From Takakia lepidozioides (Eukaryota; Plantae; Bryophyta), in the NCBI GenBank assembly GCA_030704615.1, contig CM060731.1, forward strand, positions 48,236,001 through 48,300,000: a stretch of DNA of 64,000 bases, written 5' to 3'. Positions 1 to 11,184 of the stretch are shown in pieces; position 1 is the first letter of the stretch; each line of letters starts with the position of its first letter. A program made the position numbers and the translations under genes. Under the pieces are notes generated by a model, which saw nothing but the letters and a program-made list of their open reading frames with translations, ran no database searches and had not been told where the DNA came from.

Positions 1-97
1 ATTTCCTCATGCTCAGTCTGGAATCTGGACATCTGACATGCACAATGTGAAATTATATGTAAGACAAGCAGCACACATGAACCATATCCAAACATAC

Positions 98-2695
98 CCT
101 TCCATCAAAGTGATACACAAAGACGAGGACAACAGCTACGGGAAGGCCAACACCATAATACGCCCCCAAACCGACATATGCTCCAAACTTCTGCCACCCA
201 CTTCCTCTCATCACACCTTCAAGAGCAACATTCAAAGTTAGAATATCGGCACGGTATTGATGCATAATCTCCATGTACACTCGAATCTACAAAGTGAGCA
301 TGTCCCTATCATTGTGAAATGTCTGTGAGAAACATGTTCAATTGGTTTTGAGAGAGAGGGACCTGAAAGAACGCCTTGAATGCCATTGAGGCAGGCCAAC
401 ATCGCAGGATACACTGAAAGTTTGGCTACGTACAGCACAATTTCCTCTTCATTACTGAAAATCTTCCCCCATAGATTGCGAAGTGAAAACACCAGGCCAG
501 CCATGACCACACCCTCCATCAACCCAATTCCCACTGCCACTGCCACTGCTGACTGCGCCGAGCGCGGTCGCCCTGCTCCAAGCTCATTGGACACCCGCAC
601 ACTGTAATTGGATCAAACACTTGAGTTACCCATACAAACACTTTAAGAAGGATCTTTTGCTAACCTCCTTACAATGTGTGTGTCCTCATGTCAGTCAATG
701 CTTGCACGAGTCTTCAAAATCTGCCCCTTGTATTTGTACTGTGATCAAACCAAGGCACAGATGCGCAAATATGAGACAGAAGGATATGTAATTCTTGAGG
801 GAGCTAGAGGCTCTAACCTTGCAGCGATTCCCAGACCCATTGGTACCATATTCGTGAGTCCCACAATATAAAGACTGCGCCCATTAAGACAGATCAACAC
901 AACAAATTAACATAATCAAATACAGAGAAGGTAAGTGGGTAAGCCATAATTACAGCCTATTTCTATGCCACTTCAAAACGCAAGAATGAAGTTCAAGCTG
1001 CATAGAACCCACTATACACCAGCAGTGAGGCATACCAAATTGAAAGGGCGGACACCTCCAGTTGTGGGTTCGGAAGCACTCCAGACAACAATGTCAGCAC
1101 CTCAAGTGACCCAGACTCCATGCTGCTTGTTGCACCCCGGTATCAAACGTATAAGAAAGAAGAAAGGAGCTCTATAAAATCCGTTAAGAACCTAGATTGT
1201 TATCATTTTCGGATCATAAGGAACAGTCAACTAACATAGCCCTCCCAATGGCTGCATGCAAGAGCAAAACCTGCTCTGCCTGATTGCATAACAGCAATCT
1301 GTCGGGCGTCTTCTTTTATCGTCACCTATAGCTACTATGGCACTAAATGTGAACATTTGCATACATATGCTTACAGCAGTGCAAAAAAAGATTTAGAGAC
1401 CTGGATCAAGAATCTCACCAATACATCACAAGGGAGGGGACAGCCAGCTTGCAAAAACCACCTAAATCACGAAATGCCTCCTTTGACAATGGCATTAACG
1501 TCTTCTCAAAATGCGAAGAAAACCTTACAAACGTGGCATTGAGGACAACGCTGAATGTATACGTGATGCTGGTGGCTGCTGCACCGCCCAGGTATCCCAT
1601 ATTGAACTTGATAATCAGCAACCAACACAAGGGGACATGCATAACTAAGCTCCCCGCGTAAAGCACCATCAGATGGAATACTACACGCTGGCTTTGGCAG
1701 AACTTCACTAATGTGGTGGCACAAGCAACGGAAAACAGGGCCGGGATCAACAAGCGAGCATAAGATTGCGCCTTGCTTGCAATGACAGGGTCTTGGCCTA
1801 AGGCCACAAGAAAGGTTCCCATGTAGAACCAGACGACGGAGACGGGTATGGCTGCGACCAAGAGGATGAAAGTCCCTCGCTGCAAATAGATCCCGAGCAT
1901 GTGATATTGCTTAGCCCCGTATGCCTGCCCGCAAAGCGTCTCCAGTGCGTTTCCCAAACCCATCTGTACGCCCCAAACAAATCAATTTGAATAGTGTAGG
2001 GAGCCCTTGTGAACCGTGGTGGGATTCTCAAGCAACAATATGTGCCAGTCACCATTGCAACATCTTTGCTTGTTAGGCAGTCTTGTCCTATATCCTTACG
2101 CGTCATGACCTCGGATGTTATGAAATTCCTCTCTTGCGTTCTTCTCTCTTCCTCACAAATTTCCCAAACTACATCTTGCACTAGATTTGAAGGAAGAACT
2201 TCATCATATTGGAGCAGCGTTTGCCTGCATCTAGATAGGGGAAGTAATAACAGCAAACACAACAGCACTGCAACTGCATCTGCACAGCACACCATCCTCG
2301 ACGAAAATTCACAGGCTTGAGAAAAAGTTGCAACATACCAGCAGAGTCATACCGGTGAGTGTCGCGAAGGAATTGGCCATGCTGATGGCTGCAAGGGAGA
2401 GCCCTCCGAAGTGACCCACAAATATCATAGTGGCCATTGCTAGCATACCTTGAATAATATTCATGACAACAATCGGACCAGCCAGCCAGCATTGCTCAGT
2501 GACTTCTCCCCATGCCCACTTGGAGTATCCTTTCTCTAGGGGGTCGTTTGCCACTGGATTGTTTGCACGACCGTCAGCTAGTGGGAGAGTGCTCACAGAG
2601 TAACTATGTGTTACGGAGGGTATGGAAGGCATCATGGGGGGTGGCGCTAACTCGCAGTTGATCAAAGGCTCTGTCAAATTATCGCAAGTCGTCAT
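98..2695 (-). CDS. MATE (DETOXIFICATION/DTX) efflux transporter; six exons visible, 3' end lies beyond window start
   Basis: GT-AG exons 2695-2339, 1963-1419, 1122-1036 (87 bp), 874-818 (57 bp), 601-363 (239 bp), 216-98 (119 bp) splice in frame; motifs FVGHFG, MGLGNALETLCGQAYGAKQYHMLG, LSGVLPNPQLEVS, RVSNELGAG, GVMRGSGWQ; internal exon sizes are those typical of plant DTX genes. Confidence 0.95.
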
Positions 2696-4308
2696 GGCAA
2701 GATTTGTGCAGAGAGGGCACAGGCGCGAAAGAAAGACAGAAAACTACTAGACATCCAGAGAGAGGGCTACGCATGAGCCTGATCGGCGTTGAAGATGCAT
2801 CCACATGCTTGCCGATTCGGTCTCCGTTGATCATGTACAGAACAATGATTCAACGGGATAACCGGAATGTTCAACATGTTTGATTTGCAGAAGGGCACAC
2901 ACGGCTGGCCCGCAATCCCAAGCAGATTAGACATACTGACCAACGAGAGATGTCTACAAGCCCAGCCACTGGAGATCAGTGCGTTTCCAGCCAAGAGCAA
3001 AACATGGAATTCATTGAAATGAGATGATCGGAAGACCCAGCGGAGGATGAAGGCGCCATCGAGCTAGCATTGTATATATGATGTGAAGGACTGGTCACGA
3101 AATACTGATTAAATCAACGCCGACTGCACATGAACATATTTGAATTGCTGCACTCACTAATTCTGAGATCCTCGGAAGGAATACTTATAGACATCTATTC
3201 GAACTTTATTTAGGGAATCATCCTCCACACTCTTCATAATTTAACCCTTCTCACACTGCAACTGTAAGGTGGCGAGACCGATTCAGAGTGATGTCTCAAG
3301 TGAGGTCACGAATTGTTTCATATGCAGGTGTACCTCAGGTGTTTAGCCTGCGTGTGCACCGATGGAGGTGGGCCATCCCCCGATTTATAATATTCTCGAT
3401 CGCTCATACGTTAACTACAGATTTCCCCGGGCCTCCATGCATCCTACGTATCTACATCTATCCTCCTCGGATTTGATAAGGCAGCGTGGCATCCAAGCCT
3501 CACAAGTGCGAGCATCGTTCAAAAATTCCTCCATGCAATATTGTAGCAAGATTCGCAGGAGGGTTGTGTTGCCTGCTGCTCCCTGCGCCGTGGCATCCCG
3601 ATTCCCGAACAAGCAGGCGGGCATATCTAGTGTGGTGGACTCCACCGTGTGGCCGACTATTGCCTACTTGGAACACACAGGGAAGTGAGGGGGTGGGGGT
3701 GGCAGAGTCGGCGTTCAGGTCAACAGTTCAAATGCGGCAGCGAATCAGAAAGGCAGGAGCCGATCCGCATGCACGGCTCGGGCGGCTGCCAAGTGCTCCG
3801 TGATCGAGATGACGGTGGCGATTGCTTGGATTGCGGAGGGGCCTCGGAGAGCTTGTTGGAATGCCCGCGGGCAGGGGCCTGCCCGAATGTGAAGAACGGT
3901 TCAGAATTTTCATCCAATCTGCAGAATGTTCCTCCAATTTGAGCGGGAGTGTTTCGAGGCATATTCCCGTCAGGGAGGGACCTTGATTTTTATTTTTTAT
4001 TTTTATTTTTTTTTCGAGAACAGGGGAGCCCTGACAAATTTTATTAATAAAACTGAGGAAAAAATAACCTCAGGAAAAAACAACCATAAGGATGATAAAG
4101 GAGACACTGCCCTGTGGCCAAATCTGAGAGAGGCTGCAGGAGACTAAGGATGAGTAGGTCCATAGCAGCGAGAGAAAACTACAGAGGCTCATTGATTCTG
4201 CGTCCAGAGGATTCAAACGAGAGGTGGGCTTTGGATTTGCCCTTTCTGGAGGTTCTCTTATGCCTCCAATTCCTATCTGATTCTTCTTGCTCCATAGATA
4301 GTTGGGCG

Positions 4309-5285
4309 CTAGTGGAGCTGCCAACATGGCGGGATGCTGTCGTTCCAGACAATCGATGAGTCTGATGTCCTTGTGCAGATGATGTTCCCTTCTCCCCATG
4401 CATTATCAAAGCCAGTGTAAAGCTGTTGTCTCCTTCGTTGCGCACATCGAGAAGTAGCTGCACACAAGACATTCCAGGCCTTTCTTGCTTCAGTCATTAA
4501 ATCTGAATGGATCATGAAGAAAACCTTCTAAACACTGGGTTGAGACACCCCCAACACTAATGAACATATGCTTTTCCATACATTCCAGAGCGAGTGCGCT
4601 CGAAGACAGGCCCATACCGGGCAATTAGACCAGATTGATCCTTCGTGAAGGTTGAGCAAGATTAACGAAGACTACATGGGAATGGACGGGACCAAGGCCA
4701 AGTAAAACATTCTGATACGGTTCCAGATGAAACCAGCGAAGGGGCATTTTACCAAACAATGATCCAGTGATTCCGAGAGACCCAGGTTGCACACTTGACA
4801 TTGGTCAGGAGCATCTGGAATGATTTGAAGGACCGGCAAAATTCTATTGACTAGCTTCCAAAGAAATCCCGAGATTTTGGCCTGTCTGTCCTTTCTCCAA
4901 ACATCCTTCCAAATGTGTTGCCAATTTAGGGGTAACTTGGCATTCCATTTGGCCTCAAAAGTAACTGGAGGTCTTAATAAAGAGTAGCCCAGCTTGACTT
5001 TGTATCCCAGAAAAGGATAATGCTTTTTAGACATCTAGTTCCATTCTGCTGGGTCGAATTGCAGCATATGCAAAGGGGCAGTAAGAAACCAGTTGAAGGA
5101 TCCGAAATAATGTTGCATATTCAAAGGAAGAATTGGATCGCATTTCCCAGAGTCTTTGTAGTAAACTCTAATGGCGTACATATCCAATTCTAGCAAGTGA
5201 GACCACACTGGGGAGGTTAGGGTACCATCAGATTGAACTTGAAATTTCCATCCAAAGATCAGATCCCCTATTCTGTGGATTGCAT
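4309..5285 (-). pseudogene. L1 ORF2, 3' part with zf-RVT zinc finger
   Basis: KISGFLWKL...CQVCNLGLSESLDHCLVKCPFA; frame is continuous with the 11185+ part once the insertion and one GCAT copy are removed. Confidence 0.88.
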
Positions 5286-5705
5286 TGTCATGGTTTTAGT
5301 CATGGTTATCTAGAATTACCTACTTCTAGTTAACTAGGACATTTTAGATATTTATATTTATATTTTGTGTGTTGGGACTTCATTTGGTCTCACATGCCAA
5401 GTGAGGTGTCGAGCCTCACTTGAGACATGGAGATAGGTTTTCCCCTTGTGAGTGTTGAGGAGACTCATCTTCTTGTAGTTGAGCCTCCATGAGCTTCTCT
5501 CACCTCCATAGCTCTAGGTATTGAGAGGGAGTGTGTTGAGGGCTTTGTAGGGTGGATTCCTTTAGCAAAGGTGCCCTTGGCTTGACTTAGTTTATGTGAT
5601 AGAGTGGATTTCACTTGGAAGGACTAGGGCTTGTTCTTCATGTGATTGCTTCATGCTTTGAGAGCTTTCATTGTCTTCTACTTCTCTCATTTCTCATCTC
5701 TTATC
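5286..5705 (+). repeat. Split direct repeat A1 (420 bp)
   Basis: Matches 10677-11096 with about 6 substitutions by manual comparison. Confidence 0.95.
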
Positions 5706-5718
5706 ACTACAAGAAGAT
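5706..5718 (+). promoter_or_regulatory. Putative self-priming primer binding site
   Basis: actacaagaagat directly after A1 is the exact reverse complement of atcttcttgtagt at 5467-5479 in repeat A; no TGG-type tRNA PBS at this boundary. Confidence 0.65.
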
Positions 5719-7007
5719 CACCTTATGCTTGTGAGTGCGGAGTGTAAGGATTAGTTTTGCACTTGTATTTTAAAGAGGTTGAGAGCTAGGAGAATTTAGC
5801 TCTTGTATCACAAGGCTTGCAAGGAAAGGTGCTCGAGTATTGCATGCACCAAGGAGTTGGAGAGCTTGAGAAGAAAGCTCTTGAGTCACAAGATTTTGTA
5901 AGGATTATAAGGAGGAAGTCTTGTGTGTGTGGAAGCATGGATTCTAGGGTTTGAGAATCCTTTGTATGCATTATGGAGTCGATGGTGTGCGCCATGGCTT
6001 GTGGAGAGTGACTAAAGGCTTGTTAGTGCTCATTTCACTATCAAGCTAGGGTTAAGCAAGTTCAAAGTGTGGATGTTGTGGAAGAGAAGCCAAGGAGCTA
6101 TATATGCTTGGGCTTGAAGACAACAAGGGCAAGCACTTGGAGAGCACTAAGAAGCTCAAGAGGTTTTGAAAGGGAGCATGTGAAGAAATCTTCCAATCAT
6201 GGTGGTGTGGAGCCAAGCTTAGGGTGCCATTGGAAGGGCTTGGAGAACATGTGGTGGGAAATCCTTGAAGGGAAATCATCATTCAATGTATGCATAGCTT
6301 CACCCTAACTATGTAATGTGACAAGAGGGGGAGGCAATACTTGGCTATTCATGCTCTTGGTAGTGCGAGCTTTGTGGTGGATAGTTGACCAAGCAAGTGG
6401 TGCATGTGTGGAGCATGCTCGCTTGAGTTTGTAAGTTCAAGTTTGAGAAGGGGAGCTCTTGAACTAGCAAGAGGTGAAGGCCTTTGAGATCCATTTGTGT
6501 GTGAAGTGGAGAGGTGTTGATTCATGTTGTGATGAAGGAGAGCAACACATAGGCCAAGAGGTCATGAAACATGCATTCAAATGACCATGGGGAGCACATG
6601 GATGATGGATTGGTGCAAGACCCCAAATGAGGCATATGGCGTAAGAGTGGGATCCAAGGCGGATTGCTTGGGAGCATTATTGTAAGTGACAAGCATTGCT
6701 CCTACACATTGAGATAATTTGTGTTGATTTGGAGCAATTGTCAAGTGATGATGAGACAAATGCATGATTGCTCGGCAATGGAGATATGGTAGTTTGCAAT
6801 CAAATCCCAAGGACTAGAAGGGGGATTGATTTGGTGGACAATGACTTGCAAATTGAGTTGGACCACTCTTGGTTGCACATTGGGGTGGAAGAGAGTAAGA
6901 AGATGCCTCTTATGACCACCTAGAGACCATATTTTTGCTTGAGTAGAAGCATAGAAGTCAAGGACTTGCATTCTAGCTCTTCATTACAAACCCTAGTAGT
7001 GTATGCT

Positions 7008-7492
7008 CAGACTATACCTCTGTTAGTATACCAAACAGGAGCTTGTCCATTTGACTATACCTCTGTTGAGGTATCACCATATGTGAACCCTAATGTGAGA
7101 CTATACCTCTGTTAGTATACCAAACAGGAGCTTGTCCATTTTACTATACCTCTATTGAGGTATCACCATATGTGAACCCTAATCAGCTCAGACTATACCT
7201 CTGTTAGTATACCAAACAGGAGCTTGTCCATTTACTATACCTCTATTGAGGTATCACCATATGTGAACCCTAATCAGCTCAGACTATACCTCTGTTAGTA
7301 TACCAAACAAGAGCTTGTCTCTTTTACTATACCTCTGTTGAGGTATTACCATATGTGGACCCTAATCAGCTCAGACTATACCTCTGTTAGTATACCAAAC
7401 AGAACCCTCATTTTCAGACTATACCTCTATAAAGGTATCATCAATATAAGGGACCCTAGCAACCTCAGACTATACCTCTGTTAAGGTATCAA
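7008..7492 (+). repeat. Minisatellite, ~91-bp unit x ~5, in the retroelement leader
   Basis: Unit cagactatacctctgttagtataccaaacaggagcttgtccatt...actatacctctattgaggtatcaccatatgtgaaccctaat restarts at ~7008, 7097, 7189, 7280, 7372. Confidence 0.9.
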
Positions 7493-8294
7493 TAGTGAAA
7501 GGACTTGGTGAAATTTAAGGGCCTTTGGAGGATTGTTTGGAAGATATTTGAGGGCCCTTGGAGGATCTTTGGGGTCCTTGGAGGAGTGTTTGGAGGATCT
7601 TTGGGGTCCTTGGAGGACCCTTCGAGGAGCTTTGGTGGACAATGTTGAAGAGCTCTTGAAGGATTGATTGAGGGATATTGAAGGATACTTGCCACGGCCA
7701 TACAAGCGAGTGGATAGAGACAAGAGGGAGAGTGGTGGGATGAGAGCATTCTGGGGTTAGGAATTGCTTTAGTTTCTCTTCTCCATAGTCTTTCACCCTC
7801 TCTGTAGGCCAAAACCTTTCCGTAGGTGGAGGCAAGAGTCAGTCCGGGTTTGGGCTGGGGTGTCCTTGCAGGAGCGATACTGTGGAGTGGTTTTGGTGTG
7901 GGGGAGTTGTTGTCTTGATTTTCTTGTGTTTGGATCCCCTCCACACCTGCATGCTTGACTGTGCGCCATGTTAGCTTTGTGTGGGCGCTTGTTTTCATAG
8001 GAGGTTGGTCCGGATTTGATCACCGGCCAATCCTAGAGTATGTTGTCGGTGGTGAGGCTGGAGTGATGACCAGCAAGACCACCAGTGTTTCTTCTATGGT
8101 GAGGCTGGGTTGATGACCAGCAGACCATAGGAGTGCTTGCGGTGGATGCAGGTGCAGGTACAGGTCTACGTTAGAAACCTATTATTCCTGCTTGAACCAG
8201 TAGCCGCAATAGGTTCTTTACCCGGTTACCTTGTAGTAAGTGGGGATTAGAGACAGGTTGACAACCGGTTGGGTTGTGAGTTTTCATCACGGAG

Positions 8295-9432
8295 GTGCCA
8301 CCAGCTGCTGAGGGGAGTGCCGGTACAAGCACCAGCGATACTAGTGGGTACACAAGACAAGGTGTGCGGTTTAGGCCACTTTCACCTTCAGTGTCTTCTG
8401 AGGAAGGTTCAGACTCGGAGTCAGGAGGATTCTCGTCGAGGGTGCAAGTCATTTCCGTGCCATTGTTGTGGGACACGATGGAGGAGATGTATGGAGCTAC
8501 CAAGGGGCCACGTAGGTACTCTGGAGCTGTGGGCACCATCGAGCTTGATGACTTTATACAAGAGTTTGACAGTTGGTGTGATTTGCAGCAAATGCGCAAT
8601 CCACAACTGTTTACGCCCTTTATGGCGTGGAAGGGGCTATTCTAGCACCTTGAGGGGCCGCCCATGGATGATTACCATGAATTTAGGCGGGGACATGCGG
8701 TGGAGATTGAGGAGTGACGAGAGTATTGGTCACCTAACTATGTCTCAATCACTAGAGGCACAAGGGCAGCGGTGACACCAGCAGCTACACAAACATCTCC
8801 AACTACAAGCACTAGTAGTGGAACAAGTAGTGCTGACACTTCTGCAGGTGGTACCAGTTCAAAAGGTGCTACTACTCCTCCTGCCACAATTACAACACAT
8901 GTGCCTAGATTCAACCCGGTGGTGGAGTTCTTCCAGGAGTTGCGGAGGAACTACCAAGGTGTACGGACAGAGAAGCTACGAAGTTTGCAAGATTTCCAGC
9001 GCAAATCCAGTGAGAGCTTGCAAGAGGCCTAGACTCGTATGAGGCGCTTGATAAGTGTGACCCAAGGGGTTACTGAAGCTCAGGCAGTCCAGTTCTGGTA
9101 TGGAATTTTGGACAAGGAGCTCAAGAGAAAAGGTGCGGGATGCAACCCTGTTACAAGCGGCCCAACCCACATTAGCGGATGTGTTTCTGCTGGCTGAGCG
9201 GATTGATTTCAACATGGTGGAGGAGCGAGTTGTTACCATTGGATTTGGCAATGACATGCCTACACGAGGTGCAGCTGCCAGCCAACAGGTACAAGGGACT
9301 GCCCAACAGCGTGGTCAGGGGGGCAAGGTTGCCCAACCCAAGTTCCATAGAGCTTACAGGGGACCTCAGGTGCAGAGGCCCGTGGCATCTTTTGCAGGCC
9401 AACAGCAACCAGGGGTGATATGTTGGACATGT
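8295..9432 (+). pseudogene. Retrotransposon Gag (3 in-frame stops, 1 frameshift), ending at first half of the zinc knuckle
   Basis: ELDDFIQEFDSWC, LRSLQDFQRKSSESLQEA*TRMRRL, TLADVFLLAERID, then ICWTC. Confidence 0.75.
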
Positions 9433-10332
9433 GTGCTTAGCCGATTCGGTGCTCCAGCTGAGGTACTCACGGACCAAGGGAGAGAGTTCTTGGGGGAGTT
9501 TCAGGCTTTGTGTGACAAGGCCTTGATAGACCACCGCTCCACTTCTCGGGATCATCCTGAGGCTGATGGCTTGACAGAGAGAGTTGTTCAGACAGTAAAG
9601 AGGGGTTTGCGCAAGTATGGCTTGCAGAAGGGACACCTAGGAGATTGGGACCTTCAGTTACACTGGTTCGCCATGGGTTACAGGTTCAGCAAGCAAGCAT
9701 CACTTGCCTCCTTCTCACCATACTTTCTTCTCTTTGGCCGAGAGCCAGATTTGCCTACATCCATTCGCAGAGAAGCTGCTACAGTTCTTAACCTTGACGA
9801 TCCGGACGTGTGGGCACGTGCATGTGAGCAGCGTGCAGAGTTGTTCAAGAAAGTCATGCCCATGGCTTTCGAGAACCTTGCCATTGCACAACATCGTGAT
9901 ACGTTGAGGTATGCTACCATACGTGGTGGGGGGTATCGTCCTGGGGTTCGGAGATTCAACCCTGGTGACTATGTTTATCTGCAGCAGACTGCTCCTACGA
10001 CCTTGGATGTGACTGCAGGACGTACTATTTTGAGGGTTCGAGAGGTGTTGCCCTCAGGAGTCCTGATCTTGGAGGGTCGGGATGGCATGATTTGGAAGGA
10101 CCATGTGCGTAATTGCGCGCCATGTCACCTTCCAAATATTGATGGAAGGGTTGACCCAAACCTGGCAGTGGTACCTGCAAGTTTGAGGTGCATGTTGTGT
10201 GGGTCTGCTAGAGGGGCAGCCACCATGCTGGTGTATGATCAATGCTCTAGAGGTTGGCATATGGGATGTTTGACTCCACCTCTTGAGATGGTTCCTTATG
10301 GGGATTGGTTATGTCCGCATTGCATTGGATAG
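9433..10332 (+). pseudogene. Gypsy-type DDE integrase (N-terminus deleted) with C-terminal PHD finger
   Basis: SRFGAPAEVLTDQGREF, HPEADGLTERVVQTVK, FSPYFLLFGREP; PHD CMLC...LVYDQC..GWHMGCLTPPL..VPYGDWLCPHC at 10189-10323. Confidence 0.92.
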
Positions 10333-10578
10333 TGGGAGTGGATACAACCATGGAAGGCTAACAAGAAATACAAGGCCAAGCTACTAGGAGACCAACACAC
10401 AAGATCCTGACTCAAGTTCACAGATTGCAAGACGGCAACTAACGATAGGGTTGCTCTTGTACCCGGCCTCTTGGTCTATAGAGTTTGAGTACAATAGGGA
10501 CAGTGATAGAGGACTTAGTACGGCTGTGGCTATTACATCTTGTAGCTATCTGGAGTTAGAGGGACCTAACCACCAGCT

Positions 10579-10585
10579 AGGGGGG
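10579..10585 (+). promoter_or_regulatory. Polypurine tract (short)
   Basis: agggggg immediately upstream of repeat B1. Confidence 0.55.
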
Positions 10586-10586
10586 C

Positions 10587-10674
10587 GATTGTGGTATAGC
10601 TTTCTAGGATTGTGTGCTTAGATTGTGTGGTGGACAGCGATGTATGTTGTGGCACGATGCTTAGGTGCACGACA
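10587..10674 (+). repeat. Split direct repeat B1 (88 bp)
   Basis: Identical to 11097-11184. Confidence 0.95.
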
Positions 10675-10676
10675 GC

Positions 10677-11096
10677 TGTCATGGTTTTAGTCATGGTTAT
10701 CTAGAATTACCTATTTCTAGTTAACTAGGTCATTTTAGATATTTATATTTATATTTTGTGTGTTGGGACTTCATTTGGTCTCACATGCCAAGTGAGGTGT
10801 CGAGCCTCACTTGAGACATGGAGATAGGTTTTCCCCTTGTGAGTGTTGAGGAGGCTCATCTTCTTGTAGTTGAGCCTCCATGAGCTTCTTTCACCTCCAT
10901 AGCTCTAGGTATTGAGAGGGAGTGTGTTGAGGGCTTTGTAGGGTGGATTCCCTTAGCAAAGGTACCCTTGGCTTGACTTAGTTTATGTGATAGAGTGGAT
11001 TTCACTTGGAAGGACTAGGGCTTGTTCTTCATGTGATTGCTTCATGCTTTGAGAGCTTTCATTGTCTTCTACTTCTCTCATTTCTCATCTCTTATC
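10677..11096 (+). repeat. Split direct repeat A2 (420 bp)
   Basis: Copy of 5286-5705. Confidence 0.95.
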
Positions 11097-11184
11097 GATT
11101 GTGGTATAGCTTTCTAGGATTGTGTGCTTAGATTGTGTGGTGGACAGCGATGTATGTTGTGGCACGATGCTTAGGTGCACGACA
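11097..11184 (+). repeat. Split direct repeat B2 (88 bp), element 3' end
   Basis: Identical to 10587-10674; ends GACA followed by TSD GCAT. Confidence 0.95.

Larger units (their letters stand above)
5286..11184 (+). mobile_element. Non-autonomous Gypsy-like retroelement (Gag + integrase-PHD; PR/RT/RH deleted) with split direct repeats A-int-B-A-B
   Basis: Ends TGTC...GACA; 4-bp TSD GCAT (5282-5285, 11185-11188); 420-bp repeat A and 88-bp repeat B each present twice; Gag and rve-type integrase motifs. Confidence 0.9.

Noticed and set aside
3415-3962. GC-rich short ORFs upstream of the MATE gene
   Set aside because: No recognisable domain or consistent exon chain
5705-5715. CACTACAAGAA resembling a CACTA terminus
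   Set aside because: No partner TIR or 3-bp TSD; better explained as the self-complementary PBS
7481-8023. Antisense ORFs in the retroelement leader
   Set aside because: Open frames arise from short repeats and strand-biased composition
5286-11096. Conventional two-LTR element bounded by A1 and A2
   Set aside because: A2 is not followed by a TSD, the PPT precedes B not A, and the L1 frame is restored only when B2 is included
5286-11184. DIRS/Ngaro element or Ginger DNA transposon
   Set aside because: No tyrosine recombinase seen and a TSD is present; Gag, PPT and direct repeats without long TIRs argue against Ginger
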